Assembly (NCBI GenBank): GCA_963845185.1
Contig: CAWJRG010000009.1
Span: forward strand, 160,001 to 224,000
Length of the DNA stretch: 64,000 bases
Source of the DNA: an uncultured bacterium
Lineage (GTDB): Bacteria > Oederibacteriota > PGYV01 > CAWJRG01
Direction of reading: 5' to 3'
The notes beneath the pieces are model-generated. The model was not told the DNA's origin and did not search any database. It saw only the letters and a list, made by a program, of their open reading frames with translations. Positions 21,574 to 31,563 of this stretch are shown here, piece after piece (the stretch's first letter is position 1; each line of letters opens with the position of its first letter). The position numbers and the translations under genes were made by a program.

Positions 21574-24500
21574 GTGAGAAAAAAAAATTCCGCACAAATA
21601 CCCTTTAAGTTTCTGATAATATTATCCTTTCTTTTGCTGCCTCAGATGCTTTTCGCGGCCGGTGAAATGTACCTGGGCTCGGCCGTGCCGCCAACCCCAA
21701 TTGCAACTGCTTCCGGAGTGTCAACACAGGCTTCACCTTCCGCAATATCACCGCAGGCATCGCCTTCAGGCGTATCGGGGTCGGCATCGGGTGTCACAGG
21801 CACGGCAAGCGCCGTCACACAAACCGCGACTTTGGCTTCACTGGGAGCAGAGGACATGACAGGGAACGGCAAAGGCCCGGCGAACTTCAAAGTCCAGGCA
21901 GAAGGCATGAAAATAACCTTAAGCTGGTCCGCCGCACAAGGCGGTACGGACGTGTATTACAATATTTACAGGAGCACAGACCAGGCGAGGGCCGATTTTA
22001 TCAAAATAAACAAAGACGACAGCCTGCAAAGCCTGACATACATAGACAATTCGAAAAACAGCTTTACGCGGCCGAAGCAAAAAATAAAATATTTTTATAA
22101 AGTGGCTTCGCTTGTGCTGGCAAAAGAAACAGGGGAGACCGACATGCTCACGGTCACGCCGACCGGGCCGCTTGTACCGCCGCCGGCCGACAGCATAAGT
22201 TTTAAGGCGGCAGACAAGGAAATCTCGCTTGCTTGGGAAGAGCCGGAGTCAAGCGGCGAATACGACTTAAGCGGGTTTAACGTTTTCAGGTCAACGGACA
22301 GCAGCAATAACGGGAACAAATTAAACGAAGAACTTTTAAAGAAATACACCTATGATGACTTTGGGGAAGCGGACAACCCGCTTGACAACGCAGTAAAATA
22401 CTATTACAAACTGCAGAGCGTGGACTCGGCAGGCAACACGTCGGATTTTTCAGTACAAATCGCGGCTGAGCCGCATGTCAGCATCAGCGAGCCGAAAAAT
22501 GTCACCGCAGCCGTTTCTTCAAACGAAAGCATAAAGCTCGCGTGGGGTTCGCCTGAAGTCAAAGGCACGTTCGGCCTGTCGGGATATAATATTTTCAGGA
22601 GCTCGATAGCCGGAGTTTTTCCCGACCAGCCGATAAACGTAAACTTAAGGCCGGAATACACGGACGACGCGGGGAAAGTATTTTATTTCGACAACATCAT
22701 AAACAGCGTAACGCCCCCGGAAATGGGCGTGACATATTATTACAAGATTCTGCCCATGGACATGAAAGGCAACACAGGCACGCCCAGCGCCGTGATAACC
22801 GCGGGTATAGCGTATTTAAACGTGCCCCAGAGCGGCATTGTTTCGGCTGAAATGTCCCAGTACGGCCTGCCGCCGGAATCGAAACTTACCGTATCGGGCA
22901 TGAAGACCGTGGACCTTTCCTACGGACAGGTCTGGCCAAGCTCGGCTTATTCGACGAACATAGTAAAGGGGTTCCAGCCGAAACAGGAGCTCAGGATAAA
23001 ACTGCAGGGCCAGATAGGCACCAACATACTGGTTGACGTTGACTACGACGACAACGCCGTGGAAGCGGAAAGGAAAAAGATTTCAATAAAGTACCAGGGC
23101 AGCAAGGACGAGACGGTCCAGGAAGCGGCTTTCGGCGACATAACGCTCTCCCTGCCGTCCACAAGGTTTGTCAGCTACAGCCAGTCGCTTTTTGGAATAG
23201 AGGCAAAGGTCAACATCCTGGGCGACAAACTCAGCCTTACAGGCATAGCGGCGCAGACAAAAGGGATTTCTGATGTGCAGACATTCACGGGCAATTTGAG
23301 GTTTTTTGAAGTAAACGGAAAAAGGGGCATTGATATTTATGACACGTCATTCATTGCGAACAAATATTATTACCTCTATAACCCTACCACAAATACCTGG
23401 CCAACGGGATCTTCGGTAGTACCGGGCTCGGTGGTGGTGTACGTAAACGACGAGATAGCGTCGGATGACAATGCCAATACAGTTCACGGCTATGACTTGA
23501 AATTACTGGGCGCGGATTATACCGTGGATTATAAAAACGGCATTATAATGTTTACATCCCCAATGAACGTCTATTACCAGGTGGCAGTAGCATACCTTTA
23601 TACCGACAGCAGCGGAGGCGTCCATAGCGTTGGTTTTAACTCGGCGGGCACAGCAAATCCGGTGCCTGCGAATTTTGAATTCAGCAATCTCAGCAACCTT
23701 TATTGGATACAAAACGGCTTCGGCGATATTTCACATAAGGTCATGAACTATTATTACCTTGGAGCGACCCAGATATATAACCCGTCGTCAGACCCGAATT
23801 TTATAATAAAGATTTATCAAAAAGGAGGCACAAACGAAAATGACCTTCCGCCGCCGAACAGCACCCTTGCTGCGAACTATTATTCGATAGATACATCTTT
23901 CGGCATATTAAAATTCAACAACCAGAACTTCCCGTATCCTTTTGTGCTTGGACAAAACAATTCGCAGATAGCAGTGCCGGTGGGAATTCCCACCGATGGT
24001 TCAGCACCTGCGCCTATAAGCGGGAACGCAGACTGCTATAACCAGTACAGCCCGCAGTCCAATTATTACATGCACGTGGAATTCCAGTATTACGTATCGT
24101 CATATACACTTGACCATTCACCTGTTGTCCTTGGGAGCGAAAAAATTTATATCAATAATGTACTGCAGAAAAAAGACGTTGATTATTACATGTTTTACGA
24201 AACAGGGGAAATTCATTTTTACGACCCGAGCAAAATTCAGCCGAATGACCAGATAACCGTGGCTTATGAATATTCGCCGTTTTTACAGACATACGAGGAC
24301 AATCTGCTCGGAGCCAGGGCAGAGTACAAGATGCTCGACAATTTGTTTTTAGGCTCCACGTTTTTATGGAAAAGCAGCAACACACAGGGGGACCTTGCGC
24401 CTGACGCGCGCTCCACGTCCACTTCGCTGTCAACGCCTTACAGGATGTTCATACTTGACGCCAACGCCATCTATGACCTTGGCAAGGACCAGATAAACCA

Positions 24501-27500
24501 GGCGTTAAGCACTTTGCCTTTTGTCGGGAAAACAGATTTGCCGCTGTCCCTGACTACAAGCGCGGAAATAGCCCAAAGCAATTTCGACATAAATATTTTC
24601 GACAGGAACAATGAAACCGGAGTCGCAATGATAGACAGCATGCAGGGCACGGACAATACATGGCAGACAGTAATGGATTTGAACTCGTCGCCCTCATGGT
24701 TCCCTTCAAGCAAGCCGCTTGCAGTTGACAGCGTGCTTGTGTCGCAGACTACAAGGGTGCCCATAAGGCGCACCAGCAAGCTGGAAATGGGACATTTGTC
24801 AACCCAGGTCGTAAACGGGGCCACAGTGGCTGCCTCGCCCGAAGCGATTCTTACTTACAGTTACAATGGCCTTAATAATCATCAATGGGACGGAATACGA
24901 TATGTTGTTTCGCCCCACGGCCAGGATTTTCACTCGTACAATTACCTTAACATGTGGGTTAATGTCAGCACTGACAACCCGGTAAACCTTTGCGTTGATA
25001 TCGGCATTATGAACGAGGATTCAGTGGGAGACGGGAACCTTTACACAGAGGACCAGGCAGGCAACGGACAATACAATTCAGCGTATGACACAGGGGTCCA
25101 GTGGAAAAACCCTGCAACAGGGCTGTGGCAATACCCGCCGTTTAACGGAGGGGACCAAAACTATTGGGGGGCGGGCAATGGCCAGCTCGATACAGAAGAC
25201 GTAAACGGCAACGGTTCGCTTGACCCGACCGACGCTTATTATGAATATTCGCCTTTTGGCGGTACCATACCGCATCCTGAGTTACAGCTTTCCGGGACAG
25301 GCGGATGGAAAAACATAAAAATACCGCTGAGGGATTTTGCAGCGGCATATAATGTGACCACAGACCCTACTCAGCCGAGTTTCATGTCGTCGGTAGAGTG
25401 CATCAGGGTATGGCTCAGCGGCGCAGGCTCTGCAGGAAGCACGGGATATGTGAAATTTGAGCCAATACAGCTGACAGGCAATTCGTGGCAGCTAGAGGTG
25501 GAACCAAACGCAGTGGACAAGGCAGGTAACTTCATTACCTCGCCTGACACGTCGAAATTAAACGCGGTTACCATAAACCAGAGCACAAACGCGGCCTACC
25601 AGCCCAACAAGGAATTTTTTGATTACCAGACAGCGACAGACCTGCAATCGCAGCAGGCGCTGGAGCTCGATTATAACCTTTCAATCAATGACATGGACAG
25701 CAACACCCAACCTGTATATACGGTTTCGAAAACATTGAGCCAGACTGTAGGGTATGATTATTATTCCTACAACTATTTAAAAGTGGACGTATTTTACGCA
25801 AAAAAAGACCCGACTGCGCACGGCAAGGTGCTTTTCCTGAGGCTCGGCTCAGGCACGAACACGGATATATCGCCGAATTATTACCAGTATAATATCCTGC
25901 TTGACGACGCCGTGCCGACCGACAACAACTGGCACACAGTAACCATAGCGCTTGACGGCTCGGACAAAATGAGGGGCGCACCTGTGGGCATACCGAACCT
26001 GAGGAGCGTGCAGTATATCACAATGGGCATAATAGACCCGAACAGCGTGCCCACGAACAAGACCGTCTGGATAGACAATATCAGGCTTACAGACCCGAAA
26101 CCAAGGGTAGGAACGGCAAAATACGAAAACACCACGGTAAATTACGCGGGTTTAGGGACATTTACCCAGGAATACGAGGAAAGGGATACTGATTTTTATA
26201 CAATAGTGGACGTGGATAACGAGCAGATAAAACCGCATTCTATAAGGAACAGCCTAGATTTTCTGTACACACAGATACCGTTTTTACAGATGGACAACAA
26301 TTACACCAGGCAGATTTATAAAACCGAGGACAAATACAAGGACGACCTTTTATTTACAAACAATTATTTAAATCCCGACACTGACAATAGTACTTTATCC
26401 AACAAAGCAACCTTGAGCCTCATACCCGGGCTTTCCCTTGCTAATAACCTGAGTTTTAGCGGCATGAGAAGCAATTACCTGCCTTATTACTACTACGAGA
26501 CTAATTATTCGCAGGTTTTTACAGAAAGGCCGGTTGCCCAGTACACGGCGCCGACCGAGATTCCGTTGTACGGCGGCGCAAAAATACCGCTGGGCGCGAA
26601 TACCCTGTCAGCCGATGTACTCGTGAAAAAAACAAATGTTACGTATTTTTACCCAATGCCGGTTTCCGCGACAATAAACTGCGCCAATTGCTGGAGCCAG
26701 TTGAACTGGCACAGGGAACAGCTTTATTCATGGAAGGACGCCATCAACGCGAACATATTCACGCTCACGCCTTCATACGCTTTTAAGATTGTGGATGAAG
26801 AGGGAAACCTGGCGAGCAACTACACATATTACCAGAATGACGTAGACAACCATTTTTCCACAAGAGGCAGGACTCTCATGCTGCACAAGGAAAACGCGCC
26901 TGCATTGAGCCTGGCTGTGGCAAAACTCTGGATTTTAAGCCCGAAACTTGATTATTCCTCATCTCAGGTCAGGGATTACAGCCAGGGCACATTAAACGTT
27001 AATAATACCACGGCTTTTTCGAGCGGCCTGGCATTTAGTTCCATCACAAACCAGCTGGTACCGGACGGCACTTATTCGCTGAGGATTAATACAACAGCCA
27101 TGTACAACGACCTGGCGCCATACACGGATTCGACTTATTTGTTTTACAAAATGCCTTTTGAGTCGCAATGGGGAATAAATGAATGGAAAATGCCTTTCGG
27201 CGATAAATTTAAAACCCAGGGCAAAAGTGAAATGTCCTGGTATGAAGACTCGGCAAATACCGACTCGATAACGATTTCGCACAGCATCGGCCTTAGCGCA
27301 GTAAAGCTTTTAAATTACCTGAGCTTTACGCCGCAGCTCACGCTGAGCACGCAGAGAAATGCGAGCAGCAGGCTTTTAAGCGGGCTGCAGTACACGACCA
27401 CCCTTTCCATTACGCCAATCACCATAGGAAAAATAACGCTTATCAAAGGGCTTGTCGAGGACCAGACCATAAGCGGAGGCTATACAAACACCGACAACAA

Positions 27501-28011
27501 AAGCATGGATCCGCAGAACCAGACAAGCGTAAACAGCCACTCGGTCGCGCAGACCGCAAACGTGAACCTGCCTTATTCGGTAAAGGACGGTGTAAGCGGG
27601 GCGCTGGGGCTGACAGGCAACTGGACAAACAACCAGCTGCTGGATGTATCGTCATGGGCATATACTCTTTCGCCGAATTTTACAATCAATTATGTCCTGA
27701 AGCTGGTCAAGCCGGTCCAGATCGCGAATTTTATACCGTGGATAGGAGGCAAGGAAATAAAATTCACCCAGGACATAAACCTGAACGGCACCCTGGGTAT
27801 GGATATGACAAGGGGCGGGGGAGTAGGAGACAACGGAATTAATAAAAAAGATTCCAGTACATACAAGATAAGCGCAAGCGCGGATTATAAATTCCTGCAG
27901 AATGTCGAGGGCCGCCTGACTTTCAGTTATAATAAAAACATAGACATGATACTGAAACAGAACCGCTACGACGCCATAATGATAGATCTTTATTTTAAAG
28001 TGGAATTTTAG
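21574..28011 (+). CDS. sprA: SprA/Sov-like giant outer-membrane translocon with three N-terminal FN3 domains
   Basis: 2145 aa; KLQGQIG..VDYDD..IKYQG..VQEAAFGDITLSLP..SLFGI; DYTVDYKNG, VVLGSEKIYIN..DY; DTEDVNGNGSLD; C-terminal beta-signal YFKVEF. Confidence 0.75.
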   Translation: MRKKNSAQIPFKFLIILSFLLLPQMLFAAGEMYLGSAVPPTPIATASGVSTQASPSAISPQASPSGVSGSASGVTGTASAVTQTATLASLGAEDMTGNGKGPANFKVQAEGMKITLSWSAAQGGTDVYYNIYRSTDQARADFIKINKDDSLQSLTYIDNSKNSFTRPKQKIKYFYKVASLVLAKETGETDMLTVTPTGPLVPPPADSISFKAADKEISLAWEEPESSGEYDLSGFNVFRSTDSSNNGNKLNEELLKKYTYDDFGEADNPLDNAVKYYYKLQSVDSAGNTSDFSVQIAAEPHVSISEPKNVTAAVSSNESIKLAWGSPEVKGTFGLSGYNIFRSSIAGVFPDQPINVNLRPEYTDDAGKVFYFDNIINSVTPPEMGVTYYYKILPMDMKGNTGTPSAVITAGIAYLNVPQSGIVSAEMSQYGLPPESKLTVSGMKTVDLSYGQVWPSSAYSTNIVKGFQPKQELRIKLQGQIGTNILVDVDYDDNAVEAERKKISIKYQGSKDETVQEAAFGDITLSLPSTRFVSYSQSLFGIEAKVNILGDKLSLTGIAAQTKGISDVQTFTGNLRFFEVNGKRGIDIYDTSFIANKYYYLYNPTTNTWPTGSSVVPGSVVVYVNDEIASDDNANTVHGYDLKLLGADYTVDYKNGIIMFTSPMNVYYQVAVAYLYTDSSGGVHSVGFNSAGTANPVPANFEFSNLSNLYWIQNGFGDISHKVMNYYYLGATQIYNPSSDPNFIIKIYQKGGTNENDLPPPNSTLAANYYSIDTSFGILKFNNQNFPYPFVLGQNNSQIAVPVGIPTDGSAPAPISGNADCYNQYSPQSNYYMHVEFQYYVSSYTLDHSPVVLGSEKIYINNVLQKKDVDYYMFYETGEIHFYDPSKIQPNDQITVAYEYSPFLQTYEDNLLGARAEYKMLDNLFLGSTFLWKSSNTQGDLAPDARSTSTSLSTPYRMFILDANAIYDLGKDQINQALSTLPFVGKTDLPLSLTTSAEIAQSNFDINIFDRNNETGVAMIDSMQGTDNTWQTVMDLNSSPSWFPSSKPLAVDSVLVSQTTRVPIRRTSKLEMGHLSTQVVNGATVAASPEAILTYSYNGLNNHQWDGIRYVVSPHGQDFHSYNYLNMWVNVSTDNPVNLCVDIGIMNEDSVGDGNLYTEDQAGNGQYNSAYDTGVQWKNPATGLWQYPPFNGGDQNYWGAGNGQLDTEDVNGNGSLDPTDAYYEYSPFGGTIPHPELQLSGTGGWKNIKIPLRDFAAAYNVTTDPTQPSFMSSVECIRVWLSGAGSAGSTGYVKFEPIQLTGNSWQLEVEPNAVDKAGNFITSPDTSKLNAVTINQSTNAAYQPNKEFFDYQTATDLQSQQALELDYNLSINDMDSNTQPVYTVSKTLSQTVGYDYYSYNYLKVDVFYAKKDPTAHGKVLFLRLGSGTNTDISPNYYQYNILLDDAVPTDNNWHTVTIALDGSDKMRGAPVGIPNLRSVQYITMGIIDPNSVPTNKTVWIDNIRLTDPKPRVGTAKYENTTVNYAGLGTFTQEYEERDTDFYTIVDVDNEQIKPHSIRNSLDFLYTQIPFLQMDNNYTRQIYKTEDKYKDDLLFTNNYLNPDTDNSTLSNKATLSLIPGLSLANNLSFSGMRSNYLPYYYYETNYSQVFTERPVAQYTAPTEIPLYGGAKIPLGANTLSADVLVKKTNVTYFYPMPVSATINCANCWSQLNWHREQLYSWKDAINANIFTLTPSYAFKIVDEEGNLASNYTYYQNDVDNHFSTRGRTLMLHKENAPALSLAVAKLWILSPKLDYSSSQVRDYSQGTLNVNNTTAFSSGLAFSSITNQLVPDGTYSLRINTTAMYNDLAPYTDSTYLFYKMPFESQWGINEWKMPFGDKFKTQGKSEMSWYEDSANTDSITISHSIGLSAVKLLNYLSFTPQLTLSTQRNASSRLLSGLQYTTTLSITPITIGKITLIKGLVEDQTISGGYTNTDNKSMDPQNQTSVNSHSVAQTANVNLPYSVKDGVSGALGLTGNWTNNQLLDVSSWAYTLSPNFTINYVLKLVKPVQIANFIPWIGGKEIKFTQDINLNGTLGMDMTRGGGVGDNGINKKDSSTYKISASADYKFLQNVEGRLTFSYNKNIDMILKQNRYDAIMIDLYFKVEF

Positions 28012-28046
28012 TATAATTTTTTTTAAATATCAGGAGGACTTTTTAA

Positions 28047-31000
28047 ATGAAAAAAACGCTGTTAACGCTGGTTTTGCTTGCGGCGACGGCTGCTTTTGCG
28101 CTTGCCGTGGACCCGCCGGCTAACTTTGTGCTGACATATCCGGGAAGCGGCTCATTGCAGCTTAACTGGTACGCGTCGGATACTTATACAGGCATAGGTT
28201 ATAATATTTACAGGAGCATTGGCGACACGTCTAATTTCAGCCTGCTTACGGCAACGGCAAATACAACGTATACGGATACCACGGATACGGCGCAGACATA
28301 TTACTATTACATTGAGGCGTTCGACAGCAACAATAATAAAAGCACAATTACACAAATTATGCCGTCAAGGCCATACCCGCCCATGAGCGTGGCGATAACG
28401 CCTTATAATGCGAAAATATATTTGGAATGGAATAACAGCATTGAATCAGACAGCAGTACTTATAATATTTACAGAAGCAGCACGGATAATGTTGAATATT
28501 CACTTTTACCGGCAACAGGGAATGATTATATTGATTCGCCGGTTTTAAATGCACTTACTTATATATATAAAATTGCCGCCACAAATCCCAGCGGGCCATA
28601 TTCAATAACGTTGCCGGCATCAGTAACCGTGTCGGCGCAGGGGCCTTATTCAGCACCTGTATCAGCCGTGCCGTATTCGGCCCCTTTCGCGCCGCTAGGC
28701 ATTAGTTCCGGCCTGTCAACCACGCAAAATACAATGTACCTGAGCTGGGCGCAGACAAATACGGCAGGCACTTTTGAAACGACATATTACGAAATTTACC
28801 GCTCAACTTACGACATGATGCCCGGGCCCGCAACCTTTGATGCTTACGATACTTTCCCTTTCCCAGCGCCGCAGACATACACGGTGACCAATACTTATTA
28901 TTACAACCCGATGACTCCGGGCGTAAACAATTATTTCAGCATATATACGGTTGACAGCATGGGCAATTTTTCGTTGCCTGCGAGCGGTTATGTATATGAC
29001 CCGATACAGTCAATGCCGCTTGCGCCGACAGGCCTCACAATAACTTCCTCGAATTTGACAGGAGTGTCTTTGGCATGGGCTGCAAACCCATCGGCTGATA
29101 ATGTGACACAGTATGCGGTTTACAGGGGCACAACATTAGCTGCGCAGGCACTGTATGTTACGGTTGCTGCAGCATCTTTTACAGATACAACAATTACAGC
29201 AGGTCTATTTTATGATTACTCAATTGTTGCGTCCAATGCTTTTGGCTCCGGCACAAACTCATACAATGTTTCAGCAACAGTATTACCGGTTGCGCCGGCT
29301 AATTTTAAAGCATTGTATAATAACATTACTTATACTCCAGGCATCGGTGTAAATCTTACCTGGACCCAGGGTTCTTCAAACGACAACATAACCCAGTATA
29401 ATGTTTACAGGACAACGAACCTGAGTAATTTAATACCCCAGCCGGTTATAACTCCGATTATAATTTATCAGGGGACTACTTATACCGTTTCTTATAGTTA
29501 TGCGGATATATCAATAACCACGGGCAATATTTACTATTATGCTGCAACTGCCCTGACAACAAGCAGTGTCCAGAGCCTGGAATCAGCAATAATTTGCGTC
29601 ACTGTCACAACACTGCCGGCACAGCCGCAGAATTTGACCGGCACAGCTTATGACTCTTATAATACTTTGAATTGGGCGCCAAACAATACCGCAGACCTTG
29701 TTTCGGTATATAATGTTTACAGGTGGACAACCCCGACTTCTATTGCAAATATAACAGCTACAGCTTTGACTAATTATCTTGACGCCAATTTGAATACATC
29801 AACAACCTATTATTACACTGTAGCTGCGTTAAACAACATAGGCGAAGGCCCGAGAGCAGTCACAATCACGCTTGAGCCTGCAAGCAATATCCCGCCTCAT
29901 ACGCCTGTTTTAAGCGCATCATGCAATGGATTAGGACAAATAGTACTGTCGTGGGACCAGGACCCTGCTCCCGGAATTTATTATAATGTTTACAGGGCAA
30001 TCTCTACATCCGCGGAGGCCTGGCTAAACAGCACTAATGCAAATACCACAACATATATTGATTCGGTCATGAATCCCACAAGTGTTTCATCGGTTGCAAA
30101 TATTTCTACTGTTTATTCCTACAATGTGGGAGCGAGTAATACCATTACCGGCTATTCAAGCTTTTCGAACACTGCTACAGCCTCTGCCTTTGTAGGGCCG
30201 AACTCAAGCACTTTACAACATATAGTCTTTACAAATGTAAGCGGCAATGTGCTTATCACCTGGGATAATCCAAACACGATATGTTCATATTCTTTAACTG
30301 GGTATAACATATACAGGAGTACAACAACCGCTGTTATAAATGGCAATAATGAACCTGTTTTCAGCCCAATGCCGATAACAAATCTGGCTTATCCTGCCAA
30401 TAATTATCTTGATACAGGCCTTAACGCGAATACGACTTATTATTATGAAGTGCAACTGGTGGATTCTGCAGGGAATTCCTATACTTCAACATATACTGGG
30501 TTTTATGTGGATTCTGTCCTGCCGCCGCCTCCTGAAGTAGTAGCCATATCCCAGCCCAGCCAGGTTACGCTTGAATGGAGATTAATCAATGCATCAATTA
30601 TTTCTTACAACATATACAGGAGAACAGCATCGGGTGTTTACACATCAGCTATATACAGTGAAAAGAATGCGCTTAAAAGTCAATACACAGACGCAGACGT
30701 TATTCCAAAAACAACATATTATTATACAGTAGCTGCGGTAAATGACGCGGGCGAAGGCCCAAAATCACAGGAAGTTTTTGCGACTCCTTACCTGCCGCTG
30801 CTGGTGCCTGCAAATTCGGGCGAGGCTATAAATATTATTAACAAGAAAGATATTTCATTATCTTGGGCCCAGGCAGTGAGCGTTACCGTCGATTCGAAAG
30901 GCAATACTTACATGAGCAGTTTCGGCATAAGCGGCTATAATGTTTACAGGAGCAATGACAACGGCGGAACCTATACTTGCATTACATTTTTGGCAGGCGC

Positions 31001-31457
31001 TGCAAATACCAGTTTTACAGACTATACCACGGCGTGGGGTAGTGATTATCTTTACGAAATTATTGCCATGGACACGGCAGGAAACCTTGACGCAATATAC
31101 CCGGTTATGTCAAAAGGCATACCAAAGACAGCCAATAAATTAATGATATACGCGAATATGATTAATTTAAGCAAGAGCCAGGCATTGACATGGAATTACG
31201 AAGTCATAAGGTCGGACAACATGAAAGTGATTGTTTATACCTTAAGCGGGCAGATGGTAAAAAAATTGTTTGACGGCAGCCCGCCATCCGGCGCTGACCC
31301 GGGCAATCCGCTTGACGGGTGGTCAGGCCAACCGCCACCCGGTTTTATCTGGGACGGAAAAAATTCATACGGCCAAAAAGTGGCGTCCGGAGCATATATA
31401 ATAATGATGGAATTCAAGGACTGGAAAACAACGTATAAAGTGGCGGTTGTAAAGTAG
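28047..31457 (+). CDS. Secreted protein with ten FN3 repeats and a FlgD-Ig/T9SS-type C-terminal domain
   Basis: RBS AGGAGG; signal peptide; ten Y(N/E/A)(I/V)YR motifs; ends VYTLSGQMVKKL...WDGKNSYGQKVASGAYII...KVAVVK. Confidence 0.85.
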   Translation: MKKTLLTLVLLAATAAFALAVDPPANFVLTYPGSGSLQLNWYASDTYTGIGYNIYRSIGDTSNFSLLTATANTTYTDTTDTAQTYYYYIEAFDSNNNKSTITQIMPSRPYPPMSVAITPYNAKIYLEWNNSIESDSSTYNIYRSSTDNVEYSLLPATGNDYIDSPVLNALTYIYKIAATNPSGPYSITLPASVTVSAQGPYSAPVSAVPYSAPFAPLGISSGLSTTQNTMYLSWAQTNTAGTFETTYYEIYRSTYDMMPGPATFDAYDTFPFPAPQTYTVTNTYYYNPMTPGVNNYFSIYTVDSMGNFSLPASGYVYDPIQSMPLAPTGLTITSSNLTGVSLAWAANPSADNVTQYAVYRGTTLAAQALYVTVAAASFTDTTITAGLFYDYSIVASNAFGSGTNSYNVSATVLPVAPANFKALYNNITYTPGIGVNLTWTQGSSNDNITQYNVYRTTNLSNLIPQPVITPIIIYQGTTYTVSYSYADISITTGNIYYYAATALTTSSVQSLESAIICVTVTTLPAQPQNLTGTAYDSYNTLNWAPNNTADLVSVYNVYRWTTPTSIANITATALTNYLDANLNTSTTYYYTVAALNNIGEGPRAVTITLEPASNIPPHTPVLSASCNGLGQIVLSWDQDPAPGIYYNVYRAISTSAEAWLNSTNANTTTYIDSVMNPTSVSSVANISTVYSYNVGASNTITGYSSFSNTATASAFVGPNSSTLQHIVFTNVSGNVLITWDNPNTICSYSLTGYNIYRSTTTAVINGNNEPVFSPMPITNLAYPANNYLDTGLNANTTYYYEVQLVDSAGNSYTSTYTGFYVDSVLPPPPEVVAISQPSQVTLEWRLINASIISYNIYRRTASGVYTSAIYSEKNALKSQYTDADVIPKTTYYYTVAAVNDAGEGPKSQEVFATPYLPLLVPANSGEAINIINKKDISLSWAQAVSVTVDSKGNTYMSSFGISGYNVYRSNDNGGTYTCITFLAGAANTSFTDYTTAWGSDYLYEIIAMDTAGNLDAIYPVMSKGIPKTANKLMIYANMINLSKSQALTWNYEVIRSDNMKVIVYTLSGQMVKKLFDGSPPSGADPGNPLDGWSGQPPPGFIWDGKNSYGQKVASGAYIIMMEFKDWKTTYKVAVVK

Positions 31458-31563
31458 GAAACGCGCATAAATGCGATAAATAGGCGATGAAAAACCATTG
31501 TTTTTTCCATTGCAAAAAAACATTTTAAAATAGTCCAAACTATAATATTTTCAGGAGGGAATA

